NCBI GenBank assembly: GCA_003507445.1
Contig: DNVR01000008.1
Coordinates: forward strand, 29,083-93,082
Direction: 5' to 3'
DNA from: Candidatus Moraniibacteriota bacterium
GTDB lineage: Bacteria; Patescibacteriota; Minisyncoccia; Moranbacterales; GWC2-37-73
Length of the DNA: 64,000 nt
In this document: in pieces, positions 17,136 to 26,081 of the stretch
Layout of the letters: the number at the start of each line of letters is the position of its first letter
How positions within the stretch are numbered: the first letter of the stretch is position 1
Program-made: the position numbers and the translations under genes
Notes under the pieces: model-generated
Told to the model about the DNA's origin: nothing
Databases searched by the model: none
Seen by the model: the letters and a program-made list of their open reading frames with translations, nothing else

Positions 17136-18530
17136 ATGAAAATTTTGTTGAGTGATAAAAAAAATGTTTTTGACAAAAAAATAACTGGTATTTCTTTTAG
17201 TGAGAAAATCTCTGAAAGTAAGTTTGTTATCAAAGATGGTTTACAAATTTTAGAAATAAAAATTCCTAAAAAAGAAAAAATAAATTGGAGACAAGCAGCA
17301 TTAATACCAAGAAGTATTATTGCTACCGCTAAAAAACATCAAATAAAAAAAATAGCCCTAGATTGGCCTGATATTGAAGCAATGAAAATGGGGAATTCTC
17401 AAGACGTGGCAGAGTCTTTCGGAATTAATTTTGAAATGGCAAATTACGAATTTGTTGCTTTTAAAACTAAACCAAAAGAGGGATGGGATTTTATTGATGA
17501 AATTCAAATTTTTGGATATGAAAAAAATGATATAAAAAATGCTTTAAAAAAAGGGCAAATTATAGGGCAAGAAACAAATGCGTGTAGAGAACTTTCAAAT
17601 ATGCCTGGTGGAGAAATGACTCCCGAAATATTGGTTCAAAAAACTGAAAAGGCTATAAAAAATACTAGGATTAAAATGAAAGTCTTGGATGAAAAAGAGA
17701 TGAAAAAAATAAATATGAATGCTGTATTGGCTGTAGCAAAAGGTTCTGTTGAAAAACCAAAATTTATAATACTGGAACATTTTGGGGCTAAGAATAAAGC
17801 GGAAAAACCTGTTGTTTTGATAGGGAAGGGTGTTACATTTGATTCGGGTGGTTTGAATATAAAAACTGGAAATGGAATGGCAGATATGAATATGGATATG
17901 TCTGGTGGTGCTGCCGTGGTGCACACTTTAATTCTGGCTTCCAAGCTTGGAATTAAAAAAAATGTAATAGGCTTAGTGCCTGCAGTAGAAAGTATGCCTT
18001 CTGGCGAAAGTTTGAGACCAGGCGATATAATTAAATCAATGTCTGGTCAAACTATTGAAGTTCAAGATACTGATGCAGAGGGTAGGATTATTCTTGCAGA
18101 TGCAAATACTTATGCTGAAAGATATAATCCAAGTTTAGTTGTAAATGTGGCAACCTTAACTGGTGCGGCTTGCGTTGCTCTCGGAGAAAGAGCGTCAGCT
18201 ATATTTTCTAAAGACGAAAAACTTACTGATTTATTTAAAAAATATGGAGAGGAAAGTGGTGATCATGTTTGGCCGTTGCCTCTTTGGGAAGAATACGAAG
18301 TTGAGGTTAAAGGTATAAATGGAGATGTTTGCAATATAAGAAATAGAGCGAATAGTCGTGATGGCGGAGCAATTCTCGGTGCAATATTTGTGTACCAATT
18401 TGCCAAAAAATTTCCACAATGGATACATATAGATATTGCTCCGCGTATGGTTTCAGTTTTTGATGAATTTTTGTCAAATGGAGCTGCTGGTGCTCCGGTT
18501 AGGTTGTTGATTAAATTATTGGAAAAATAA
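17136..18530 (+). CDS. pepA: leucyl aminopeptidase (M17 family)
   Basis: NACRELSNMPGGEMTP, LIGKGVTFDSGG and DTDAEGRIILADA signature motifs. Confidence 0.85.
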   Translation: MKILLSDKKNVFDKKITGISFSEKISESKFVIKDGLQILEIKIPKKEKINWRQAALIPRSIIATAKKHQIKKIALDWPDIEAMKMGNSQDVAESFGINFEMANYEFVAFKTKPKEGWDFIDEIQIFGYEKNDIKNALKKGQIIGQETNACRELSNMPGGEMTPEILVQKTEKAIKNTRIKMKVLDEKEMKKINMNAVLAVAKGSVEKPKFIILEHFGAKNKAEKPVVLIGKGVTFDSGGLNIKTGNGMADMNMDMSGGAAVVHTLILASKLGIKKNVIGLVPAVESMPSGESLRPGDIIKSMSGQTIEVQDTDAEGRIILADANTYAERYNPSLVVNVATLTGAACVALGERASAIFSKDEKLTDLFKKYGEESGDHVWPLPLWEEYEVEVKGINGDVCNIRNRANSRDGGAILGAIFVYQFAKKFPQWIHIDIAPRMVSVFDEFLSNGAAGAPVRLLIKLLEK

Positions 18531-18536
18531 ACATCT

Positions 18537-19805
18537 ATGAATTATAAAAAAACAACTTTAAAAAATGGGCTGAGGATTTTGACGATTCCGATGAGTGGAA
18601 CTCAAACAGCAACTGTGATGTTGATGGTGGGGGTTGGTTCTCGCTATGAAACTGAAAAACAAGCAGGGCTTTCGCATTTCATTGAGCATATGCTTTTTAA
18701 GGGAACAACAAAGCGTCCAACTGCGCAATCAATTTCTGAGGAACTTGATTCGATTGGTGGAGAATTTAATGCGTTCACTTCCAAGGACAAAACTGCATAT
18801 TATGCCAAAGTTGATTCTCGTCATATTGAAAAAGCTCTTGATGTCGTTTCGGATATTTTCTTGAATTCAAAAATTGAACAAGTTGAAATTGACAGGGAAA
18901 GAGGTCCTATACTTCAAGAACTTAGTATGTATGAAGATGAACCGCGCCGAAGTGTGGGAGATGAATTTGAAAAAATGCTGTACACTGATCAGCCATTGGG
19001 GCGAGGTATTGTTGGGTATAAAAAAACAATTTCTGATTTCAAACGAAAAGATTTTGTTTCGTATATGAAAAAATATTACTCTGCCAATGAAACTGTTGTT
19101 TGTGTGGCTGGAAAGTTTGATGAAAAGGAAATTGTTTCGCAGATAAAATCATATTTTTCTGATTTTCAAGCTGGAGAAAAGGTGGCAATGAAAAAAGTTG
19201 TGGAAAAACAATCTTCTCCCAAGGTTCATATTAAATTTAAAAAAACCGATCAGACGCATTTGATTATCGGAACACGAGCTTATCCTCAAAATCACAAAGA
19301 CCGCTATGTGTTGGCGATGCTTTCAGTTATTCTTGGCGGCAATATGAGCAGTCGTTTGTTTATTAAAATTCGCGAACGTCAGGGGCTGGCATATTTTGTG
19401 CACACTAGTGTGGACACATATCAAGACTGCGGATATATTGCAACTCAAGCCGGCATTGATCACAAAAAAGTTGAGCAAACAATCAAGGCTATTTTGGAGG
19501 AATACAAAAAAATATCACTTGAAAAAGTTGATGCAAAGGAATTGCAGAAAGCCAAAGATTATGTGAAAGGACGAGCTGTGATGGGCTTTGAGGCTTCAGA
19601 TGATATGGCAATGTTTTTTATTGATCAAGAAATGCACAAAGAAAAAATTCTTACGCCGAAAGAAGTTTTTGCAAAAGTTGACGCTGTCACGCTTGAAGAT
19701 ATTTTGCGCGTGAGCAAGGATGTTTTCCAAAATAATAAATTAAATCTAGCAATAGTTGGACCACACAAAAACAGCAAGAAAATTGAGGAAATGTTGAATC
19801 TATAG
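18537..19805 (+). CDS. M16-family zinc peptidase (insulinase-like)
   Basis: Inverted zinc-binding motif HFIEHMLFKGT (HxxEH). Confidence 0.8.
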   Translation: MNYKKTTLKNGLRILTIPMSGTQTATVMLMVGVGSRYETEKQAGLSHFIEHMLFKGTTKRPTAQSISEELDSIGGEFNAFTSKDKTAYYAKVDSRHIEKALDVVSDIFLNSKIEQVEIDRERGPILQELSMYEDEPRRSVGDEFEKMLYTDQPLGRGIVGYKKTISDFKRKDFVSYMKKYYSANETVVCVAGKFDEKEIVSQIKSYFSDFQAGEKVAMKKVVEKQSSPKVHIKFKKTDQTHLIIGTRAYPQNHKDRYVLAMLSVILGGNMSSRLFIKIRERQGLAYFVHTSVDTYQDCGYIATQAGIDHKKVEQTIKAILEEYKKISLEKVDAKELQKAKDYVKGRAVMGFEASDDMAMFFIDQEMHKEKILTPKEVFAKVDAVTLEDILRVSKDVFQNNKLNLAIVGPHKNSKKIEEMLNL

Positions 19806-20006
19806 TTTTGTTCTGTACTGATCGCTCGGATACATTTTTCTTTTTGTCACAGAAAAACAATTGCAACTTTTGAAATTAACACTAAGGAGACTTGTTTTAA
19901 GTGAAAAAAGAAAAAGTATCCTTGCTAATTTGGTGTTATTTTTTAACTTTATACTTTAGGTTTGAATTAGTCTTTAGAAATTAGAATTTATACTTTATGC
20001 AATGTT

Positions 20007-20942
20007 ATGTCTGATAAATTAAATAAAAATATTTTGGCGACAGTCATTTATTATGATGGATTTAATTATCCATTGACTGCTTTTGAGATATGGAAATATT
20101 TAATCAGAACTGATTATTACGCACCAAAAAATGATGTTATCAATATTTCCTTGTCTGAAATTTTTGGGCACCTTCAAGACAAGAGCTTGAATAAATATAT
20201 TGAACACGTAAACGGTTTTTATTTTCTGAAAGGAAAAAAGGAAATAGTTGAATTTCGAATTGCAAATAACAAAACTTCCACTGGAAAAATAAAAAAATTG
20301 CAAAGAATTGTTTGGTGGCTCAGGTTCTTGCCGTTTGTGAGAATGATTGGGATCACGGGTGCACTTTCAATGAAAAACGCAAAAGTTTCCAGCGATTGGG
20401 ATCTGCTTATCGCACTTAAATATGGAAAAATTTGGACAGGCAGAACCATCGTGACAGGCGCACTCCATCTTTTTAAAAAGCGGCGGCACACTTTGAAAGT
20501 GGCTGACCGAGTTTGTTTGAATTTTTTTGTGACTGACGAGTCTCTGGAAGTCATCACGAAAGATTTGTTTTCAGCCAGCGAGTATATGTTTTTCTTCCCG
20601 CTTTATGGTGCTGACGTTTATACAAAATTTCAAATAAAAAATAAATGGATCAGAAAAATAAAACCAAATTACGCCTTGGGGGATATTATGCCGCCCAAAA
20701 CCATGGGCGATTCTTTTTTCTCAAAGCGGATTAGAGAAATTGGGGAATTTGTGTTTGCTCCAAGTTGGATTGAAAATGTCTTGAAAAAAGTTGAAAAAAA
20801 ACGCATTATGAGCAATCCCAAAACTCATCAAGAGGGAAGCTTGGTATATGCCAATGACGACGCTCTGGTTTTTTTGCCAAAACCCCACGGACCAGTTGTT
20901 TTTGAGAAATTTAAGGAAAAAATAGAGCAGCTGAATGGATAG
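20007..20942 (+). CDS. hypothetical protein with possible Pol-beta-type nucleotidyltransferase motif
   Basis: GITGALSMKNAKVSSDWDLL resembles G(S/x)...DxD NTase signature. Weak. Confidence 0.35.
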   Translation: MSDKLNKNILATVIYYDGFNYPLTAFEIWKYLIRTDYYAPKNDVINISLSEIFGHLQDKSLNKYIEHVNGFYFLKGKKEIVEFRIANNKTSTGKIKKLQRIVWWLRFLPFVRMIGITGALSMKNAKVSSDWDLLIALKYGKIWTGRTIVTGALHLFKKRRHTLKVADRVCLNFFVTDESLEVITKDLFSASEYMFFFPLYGADVYTKFQIKNKWIRKIKPNYALGDIMPPKTMGDSFFSKRIREIGEFVFAPSWIENVLKKVEKKRIMSNPKTHQEGSLVYANDDALVFLPKPHGPVVFEKFKEKIEQLNG

Positions 20943-21065
20943 GCATTTAAATAATATATTTTTGCTTTATTGTAGCCAAAAAACGTGAAAATAGCTTGAC
21001 TTGGGGGGTGGTTTTTGCTAGATTTATAAATGTATACAAGGTTTGTAATCATTCAAAATATATAG

Positions 21066-21287
21066 ATGAAATTAATTACTATCGCTCAGCTTGTCGTGGC
21101 AATTCTGCTTACTGTTTCAATTTTGCTTCAAAATAGGGGTAGCGGTCTTTCTAGTGCTTTTGGGGGAGACTTTGGGGGTTATTACACAAAAAGAGGGATG
21201 GAAAAGTTCCTTTTTTATCTTTCAATGTCACTGGGCGCAATCTTTATTATTCTTGCAATTGCAACCATCGTAATTGCAAATCGCTAG
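21066..21287 (+). CDS. secG: preprotein translocase subunit SecG
   Basis: Two TM helices and LLQNRGSGLSSAFGG motif, similar to SecG LQQGKG...FG. Confidence 0.6.
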   Translation: MKLITIAQLVVAILLTVSILLQNRGSGLSSAFGGDFGGYYTKRGMEKFLFYLSMSLGAIFIILAIATIVIANR

Positions 21288-21296
21288 AAAAAATAA

Positions 21297-21382
21297 TGTC
21301 ATTCCGGACTTGATCCGGAATCTCGTCACGTACGCAAGTCCGGCTCCGTCCTGGATTCCCGTTTTCACGGGAATGACAAAAA
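21297..21382. repeat. MITE-like palindromic element, copy 2
   Basis: TGTCATTCCGGACTTGATCCGGAATC...CTGGATTCCCGTTTTCACGGGAATGACAAAA. Same termini as 7344..7462 but lacks a central segment. Confidence 0.75.
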
Positions 21383-21447
21383 CGTAACTATAACAATTTA
21401 TATTAAAATTTATTAGTAACTATTCGAACGATAAAATTAAATATCTT

Positions 21448-23124
21448 TTGCCAAAAAATTGGAAAACAATTGGTAAAATGCTGACATTTAAGGAAAAGGT
21501 TGTGGTCACATCTTTGCTTTTGGTTATCGCGGTTTCTTTTGTGGTGTGGGCTGGCTCTTTTTATTTTAATCTTACCAAAGCCATTCCAAAGGCAGGTGGG
21601 GAATATATTGAGGGAATCGTTGGTCAACCTTTGTATATTAATCCTCTTCTTTCTCAAACAAGCGAGGCTGATTTAGATTTGGTGCAATTGATTTTCAGTG
21701 GACTTTTCAAATATGACAAAGATGGAAAAGTCGTTGCTGATTTGGCTGAAGGTTATGATGTTTCTGATGATCAGCGAGAGTATACTGTCTATTTGAAAAA
21801 AAATGTTCTTTGGCAAGATGGCCAACCGCTTAATGCGAATGATGCATTCTTCACTTTCAATGTTTTGCAGGATTCTTCATATAAAAGTCCGCTTCGTCAA
21901 AGTATGCAAGGTGTTGAAGTGAACTTGGTTGATGATTATACTGTAAAATTTGTGCTTAAAAATCCTTACATTGGGTTTTTGGAAAATCTTACAGTAGGAC
22001 TTTTGCCAAAACACATTTGGGAAAACATTGCTCCGGAGAAATTTGCATTGGCTGATAATAATCTGCATCCTGTTGGATCAGGACCATATTCTTTCGGCAG
22101 TTTTCAGAAAGATTCAAGTGGAAACATTTTGACTTTGCAACTTGTTTCTAATAAATCTTATTACAACAACGTTCCATATATTTCGAAAGTTACTTTCAAT
22201 TTTTATCCCGATGACGAGCAGCTTGTTGCAGCGTATAACAAGAAAGAAATTATGGGGATGGGGAGTCTGCCACCAGATAATATTAAAGATCTCAAAAATG
22301 CTAAAAGCACAAATATTCACGAGTTGGTAATGCCTAGTTATTTTGCGGTGTTTTTTAATCAAACAAAAAGTGTTGCGCTGGCTGATGATGAGGTGCGAAA
22401 AGCTCTGAGCTTGAGTGTTGATAGACAGGAGATTATTGATAAGATTTTGTATGGCAAGGGTCGTGCGATCAGTTCTCCGTTTTTACCTCAAATGCAGGGA
22501 TATAAAAATGATGATAATGTTAAGATTGATTTGGAGGCTGCCAAGAAAGTGTTGGACGAAGCCGGTTGGGTTTTGGATGAAAATGAAAACGTGCGTAAAA
22601 AAAATTCACAGACTTTGTCTTTTGAATTGGTAACAGCTGATTATCCCGAATTGAATCAGACAGCAGAAATATTGAAACAACAATGGGCAAAAATAGGCGT
22701 GAATGTTGATGTTAAGGTTCTGACAATTTCTGATTTGTTGCAAAACTATATCCGCACAAGGGAATATGACAGTATGCTGAATGGTCAAACAATCAGGTTT
22801 AGACCCGAGCTGTATGATTTCTGGCATTCTTCGCAAAAAAGTGATCCAGGACTAAATCTTTCTTTGTTTGACAATAAAGATGCTGATGGATTGTTGGATG
22901 ATTTGCGACAACAAACAGATCAGGATAAGCGCGTTGAAGGTTATCAGAAATTTCAAGATATTTTAACCAAGGAAACTCCTGCTGTTTTTCTGTATTCAAG
23001 ATATTATCTTTATCCTGCCAATACTAATGTGCAAGGAATGGCTGTGGAGAATATCAATAATCCCGCACAACGATTTGTTGATGTAAATGATTGGTATGTC
23101 AAAACAAAGAGAATTCTTAAATAA
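21448..23124 (+). CDS. ABC transporter substrate-binding protein, family 5 (oligopeptide/nickel type), orphan
   Basis: 558 aa with N-terminal signal anchor. YTVYLKKNVLWQDGQPLNANDAFFTF typical of the SBP_bac_5 family. No permease/ATPase genes adjacent. Confidence 0.7.
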   Translation: MPKNWKTIGKMLTFKEKVVVTSLLLVIAVSFVVWAGSFYFNLTKAIPKAGGEYIEGIVGQPLYINPLLSQTSEADLDLVQLIFSGLFKYDKDGKVVADLAEGYDVSDDQREYTVYLKKNVLWQDGQPLNANDAFFTFNVLQDSSYKSPLRQSMQGVEVNLVDDYTVKFVLKNPYIGFLENLTVGLLPKHIWENIAPEKFALADNNLHPVGSGPYSFGSFQKDSSGNILTLQLVSNKSYYNNVPYISKVTFNFYPDDEQLVAAYNKKEIMGMGSLPPDNIKDLKNAKSTNIHELVMPSYFAVFFNQTKSVALADDEVRKALSLSVDRQEIIDKILYGKGRAISSPFLPQMQGYKNDDNVKIDLEAAKKVLDEAGWVLDENENVRKKNSQTLSFELVTADYPELNQTAEILKQQWAKIGVNVDVKVLTISDLLQNYIRTREYDSMLNGQTIRFRPELYDFWHSSQKSDPGLNLSLFDNKDADGLLDDLRQQTDQDKRVEGYQKFQDILTKETPAVFLYSRYYLYPANTNVQGMAVENINNPAQRFVDVNDWYVKTKRILK

Positions 23125-23215
23125 AACAAATACTCACGAATGTAAAACAAATAGTCACTGATCACGAATTTTCGTGCTTCGTGAAAATTCGTTAGATATT
23201 CGTGAAAATTAGTGT

Positions 23216-23821
23216 ATGATGGATTTTACAAATGTTCCAAAGCATTATGCGGCGCGAACGCAAGAAAAAATGCAAGATGTTTTAATGGATCCAAATGGGG
23301 TTGGGCCAGTAATTCATTACTATATGATTCGCGGCGGGGTGGATCAAAAAAATACAACAGTTTGGGAACCAGGGACAATTTCTGGGGAATATATAAAAAC
23401 ATATGGGCATTATCACGTTGGAAAATTAAGCGAGGATTATTTTATTGCCTATGGCGAAGGTGTGGTATTGCTTCAAAAATTGGTTGAAAATGAAAATGGC
23501 GAAATGATTGCTGATCAAGTTGAAGATTTTAAAGCTGTCATCGTGAAAACAGGTGATAAGGTTTTTATGCCTGAAAAATATGGACATCTTTTGGTTAATA
23601 CTGGAAAAACATATCTTGTTACTATTGATGATAGTCCTGTTGATTTTGAAGATCGTGATCCTTCCAGCTTTCCTGGGCATGCTGATTATGAACCTGTGAA
23701 AAAGATGAGAGGATTTGCTTATTATGTTGTTGAAAAAAATGGCAAGCCAGCACTCAAAAAAAATCCTTTGTATAAAAATATTGAAAAAGAGGATTTGGGC
23801 GGTCTTCAAGTGATTAACTAA
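23216..23821 (+). CDS. cupin-type glucose-6-phosphate isomerase (archaeal cPGI-like)
   Basis: TYGHYH (TxGHxH) and PEKYGHLLVN (PPx3Hx3N-like) motifs characteristic of cupin PGI. Confidence 0.55.
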   Translation: MMDFTNVPKHYAARTQEKMQDVLMDPNGVGPVIHYYMIRGGVDQKNTTVWEPGTISGEYIKTYGHYHVGKLSEDYFIAYGEGVVLLQKLVENENGEMIADQVEDFKAVIVKTGDKVFMPEKYGHLLVNTGKTYLVTIDDSPVDFEDRDPSSFPGHADYEPVKKMRGFAYYVVEKNGKPALKKNPLYKNIEKEDLGGLQVIN

Positions 23822-23837
23822 TATTAATATTAAAATT

Positions 23838-24317
23838 ATGCCAATCAAGAAAAAAAAGAAAATTGTCGTTGCCGTTAGTGGCGGTTTTGATCCGATTCAT
23901 GTCGGACACGTTAGATTGTTTAATGAGGCCAAGGCGTTGGGAGATGAGTTGGTGGTGATATTAAACAACGACAATTGGTTTGATATCAAGGGGAGAGCTC
24001 TTTTTATGCCAGGAAAAGAACGCAAAGAAGTGATTGAAGCGCTCAGGTCTGTGGATCGCGTTATTTTGAGCAAGCATAAAGCTTCCAAGATAAAATACGA
24101 TAGGAGCAGTGTTGAATATAGCGTGTGTCGCGAGTTGGAAGAATTAAAACCAGATATTTTTGCTAATGGTGGTGATCGTTTTAGCGATGATGTGCCAGAG
24201 GTTGGAGTTTGCAAAAAAATCGGCTGTAAAACAGTTTTTAATATAGGGAAAGGCGGTAAGGCCCAATCCAGCTCTTGGCTCTTGGAAAAATATTTAAAGA
24301 AAGTATGTAAAAAATAA
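23838..24317 (+). CDS. cytidylyltransferase-like nucleotidyltransferase (HxGH family)
   Basis: VAVSGGFDPIHVGHVRLF contains the (T/H)xGH motif of class I-like nucleotidylyltransferases. 159 aa. Confidence 0.6.
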   Translation: MPIKKKKKIVVAVSGGFDPIHVGHVRLFNEAKALGDELVVILNNDNWFDIKGRALFMPGKERKEVIEALRSVDRVILSKHKASKIKYDRSSVEYSVCRELEELKPDIFANGGDRFSDDVPEVGVCKKIGCKTVFNIGKGGKAQSSSWLLEKYLKKVCKK

Positions 24318-24318
24318 T

Positions 24319-25341
24319 ATGAAACAAAATTTAAATCCGATAGACAAGTCTAATATGAGACAGGTCATTCTTGATGGGCCTAGTCAATTTGAACTCGGTC
24401 TTTCTTTGGCGAGTGATATTAAGGTTGAAGGTAAATTTAGCTCCGTTATGATTTCGGGAATGGGCGGATCATCTCTGCCAGCCAATGTTCTCAGAACTTA
24501 TGTCAATGATTTGGCTAAAGGAAAGACGGAACATGCCAAGTATTTTAGTATATATCAAAATAGATTTTATACGCTTCCGCCAGAATCTTATTCGAACTGT
24601 TTGAATATAATTTCTTCCTATTCTGGAAATACCGAAGAAACAATAGCTTCGCTTGAGGAAGCACTTTTAAATGATTTACCTTGCGTTGCCATCTCAAGTG
24701 GCGGAAAAATAGAAAAAATATGCAAGAAAAAAAATGTTCCTTTTGTTAAGATTCCAGCTGGCATTGAGCCGAGAATGGCTACAGGATATTTTTTTGGAGC
24801 TATGTTCAAGATATTGGCAAATGTGGGTTTGGTAAATGATATGACGGAGAATATAGTGTCTATGTCTAATGCGCTTGCCAAAAATAGCTTCAATTTGGAG
24901 AAAAAAGCCATGGGCATTGCCGAAAAAATCAAGGGTAATATTCCCGTGGTTTATGCCAATACCAAATACAAATCTTTGGCTATGATATGGAAAATAAAGC
25001 TTAATGAGAATGGTAAAGTGCCAGCTTTCTGGAATTATTTTCCCGAGTTTAATCATAATGAAATGAATGGTTTTGCAAATACAAAGGGTGGATTTTTTGC
25101 TATTATGCTTAGGGATAAAGATGATCATCTTCAGAATTTAAAAAGGTACAATGCTGCTCAAAAAATACTTGAGACAAAAGGAATAAGCTCGGAGATAATT
25201 GATTTGGAAGGCTTTTCTGTTATTGAAAAAATATTCACCAGTTTGCATTTGGGAGATTGGGTTTCCTATTATTTGGCGCTGGCTAATAATCAGGATCCTA
25301 CACCAGTAGATATGGTTGAGGAATTTAAAAAATTGCTCTAG
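24319..25341 (+). CDS. SIS-domain bifunctional phosphoglucose/phosphomannose isomerase (archaeal type)
   Basis: ISGMGGSSLPANVL SIS P-loop-like motif. 340 aa, with size and layout of the PGI/PMI family. Confidence 0.5.
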   Translation: MKQNLNPIDKSNMRQVILDGPSQFELGLSLASDIKVEGKFSSVMISGMGGSSLPANVLRTYVNDLAKGKTEHAKYFSIYQNRFYTLPPESYSNCLNIISSYSGNTEETIASLEEALLNDLPCVAISSGGKIEKICKKKNVPFVKIPAGIEPRMATGYFFGAMFKILANVGLVNDMTENIVSMSNALAKNSFNLEKKAMGIAEKIKGNIPVVYANTKYKSLAMIWKIKLNENGKVPAFWNYFPEFNHNEMNGFANTKGGFFAIMLRDKDDHLQNLKRYNAAQKILETKGISSEIIDLEGFSVIEKIFTSLHLGDWVSYYLALANNQDPTPVDMVEEFKKLL

Positions 25342-25502
25342 CTTGCATTTCTTGTATCAACTTTTAAACTTAGGAAGACAAATTTGGAGATAATTGAAGT
25401 ACAGACTGGTAGTTACTTAGGCGAAGACGATATTGTACGCTACGAAGATAAATATGGTCGTAAAACGGGTGTGGCAGCCTAGCGTATATTTATAGTGCGG
25501 GG

Positions 25503-25531
25503 TTGACAAAAATACTTGTTGGGTGTATAAT
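25503..25531 (+). promoter_or_regulatory. consensus sigma70-type promoter (TTGACA-17-TATAAT)
   Basis: TTGACA at 25503..25508, 17-nt spacer, TATAAT at 25526..25531. No ORF for ~550 bp downstream until rnj. Confidence 0.6.
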
Positions 25532-25724
25532 TAATCTAATAAGTAATACTTCTTGAATTTTACCTTGTTTAAAGCTTTTTTTCTTCGAAACAAACAAACA
25601 AGTGCTCAAATTGACAAAAAGTCTCTTTATTAAGGGGTTTTTACTATTGTATTTAAAAATCAAATCTTTATATAAGTAAGTTATCGTTTCTTTAAATTTG
25701 GAACTTTTGCAATTGCTCGAATAT

Positions 25725-25805
25725 TTTCTTTTTGGCACGCTTTTGGATAAATACTCATTATCCAAAAGCTCAAAGAGTCGCTGTCGCCGACTATTGGCCA
25801 AAAAT
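25725..25805 (+). repeat. ~80-bp intergenic repeat (family 3), copy 2
   Basis: ~93% identical to 12061..12141, same orientation. Confidence 0.8.
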
Positions 25806-26081
25806 AAAATATTCTCACATTGCGAAAGTGAATGTTTAAACTCTGAATTTGTAATAATTGTGTAACGTGCTTTTGTAAGTTCACCCAGTCAAATTGCTTA
25901 CGCACCGCCTTTGGCGGATTTGACGGGGTAAACCCTGTTAAATAATTTTAATTTTTTTAAGAAAATTAAAATTAAGATTTGAGTCCTAAATTGAATTTAC
26001 GGGGTGTACTAAATTAAAAAATTAATATAATAAGTTTGTTTCTCTTATTTGTAGAGACTCAAATCTTATTTAATAGGGTAA

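Noticed and set aside
20996-21035. Promoter TTGACT...TAGATT upstream of secG
   Set aside because: Hexamers are present but spacing is ambiguous (17 vs 22 nt depending on the -10 choice). Too weak to list as a feature.
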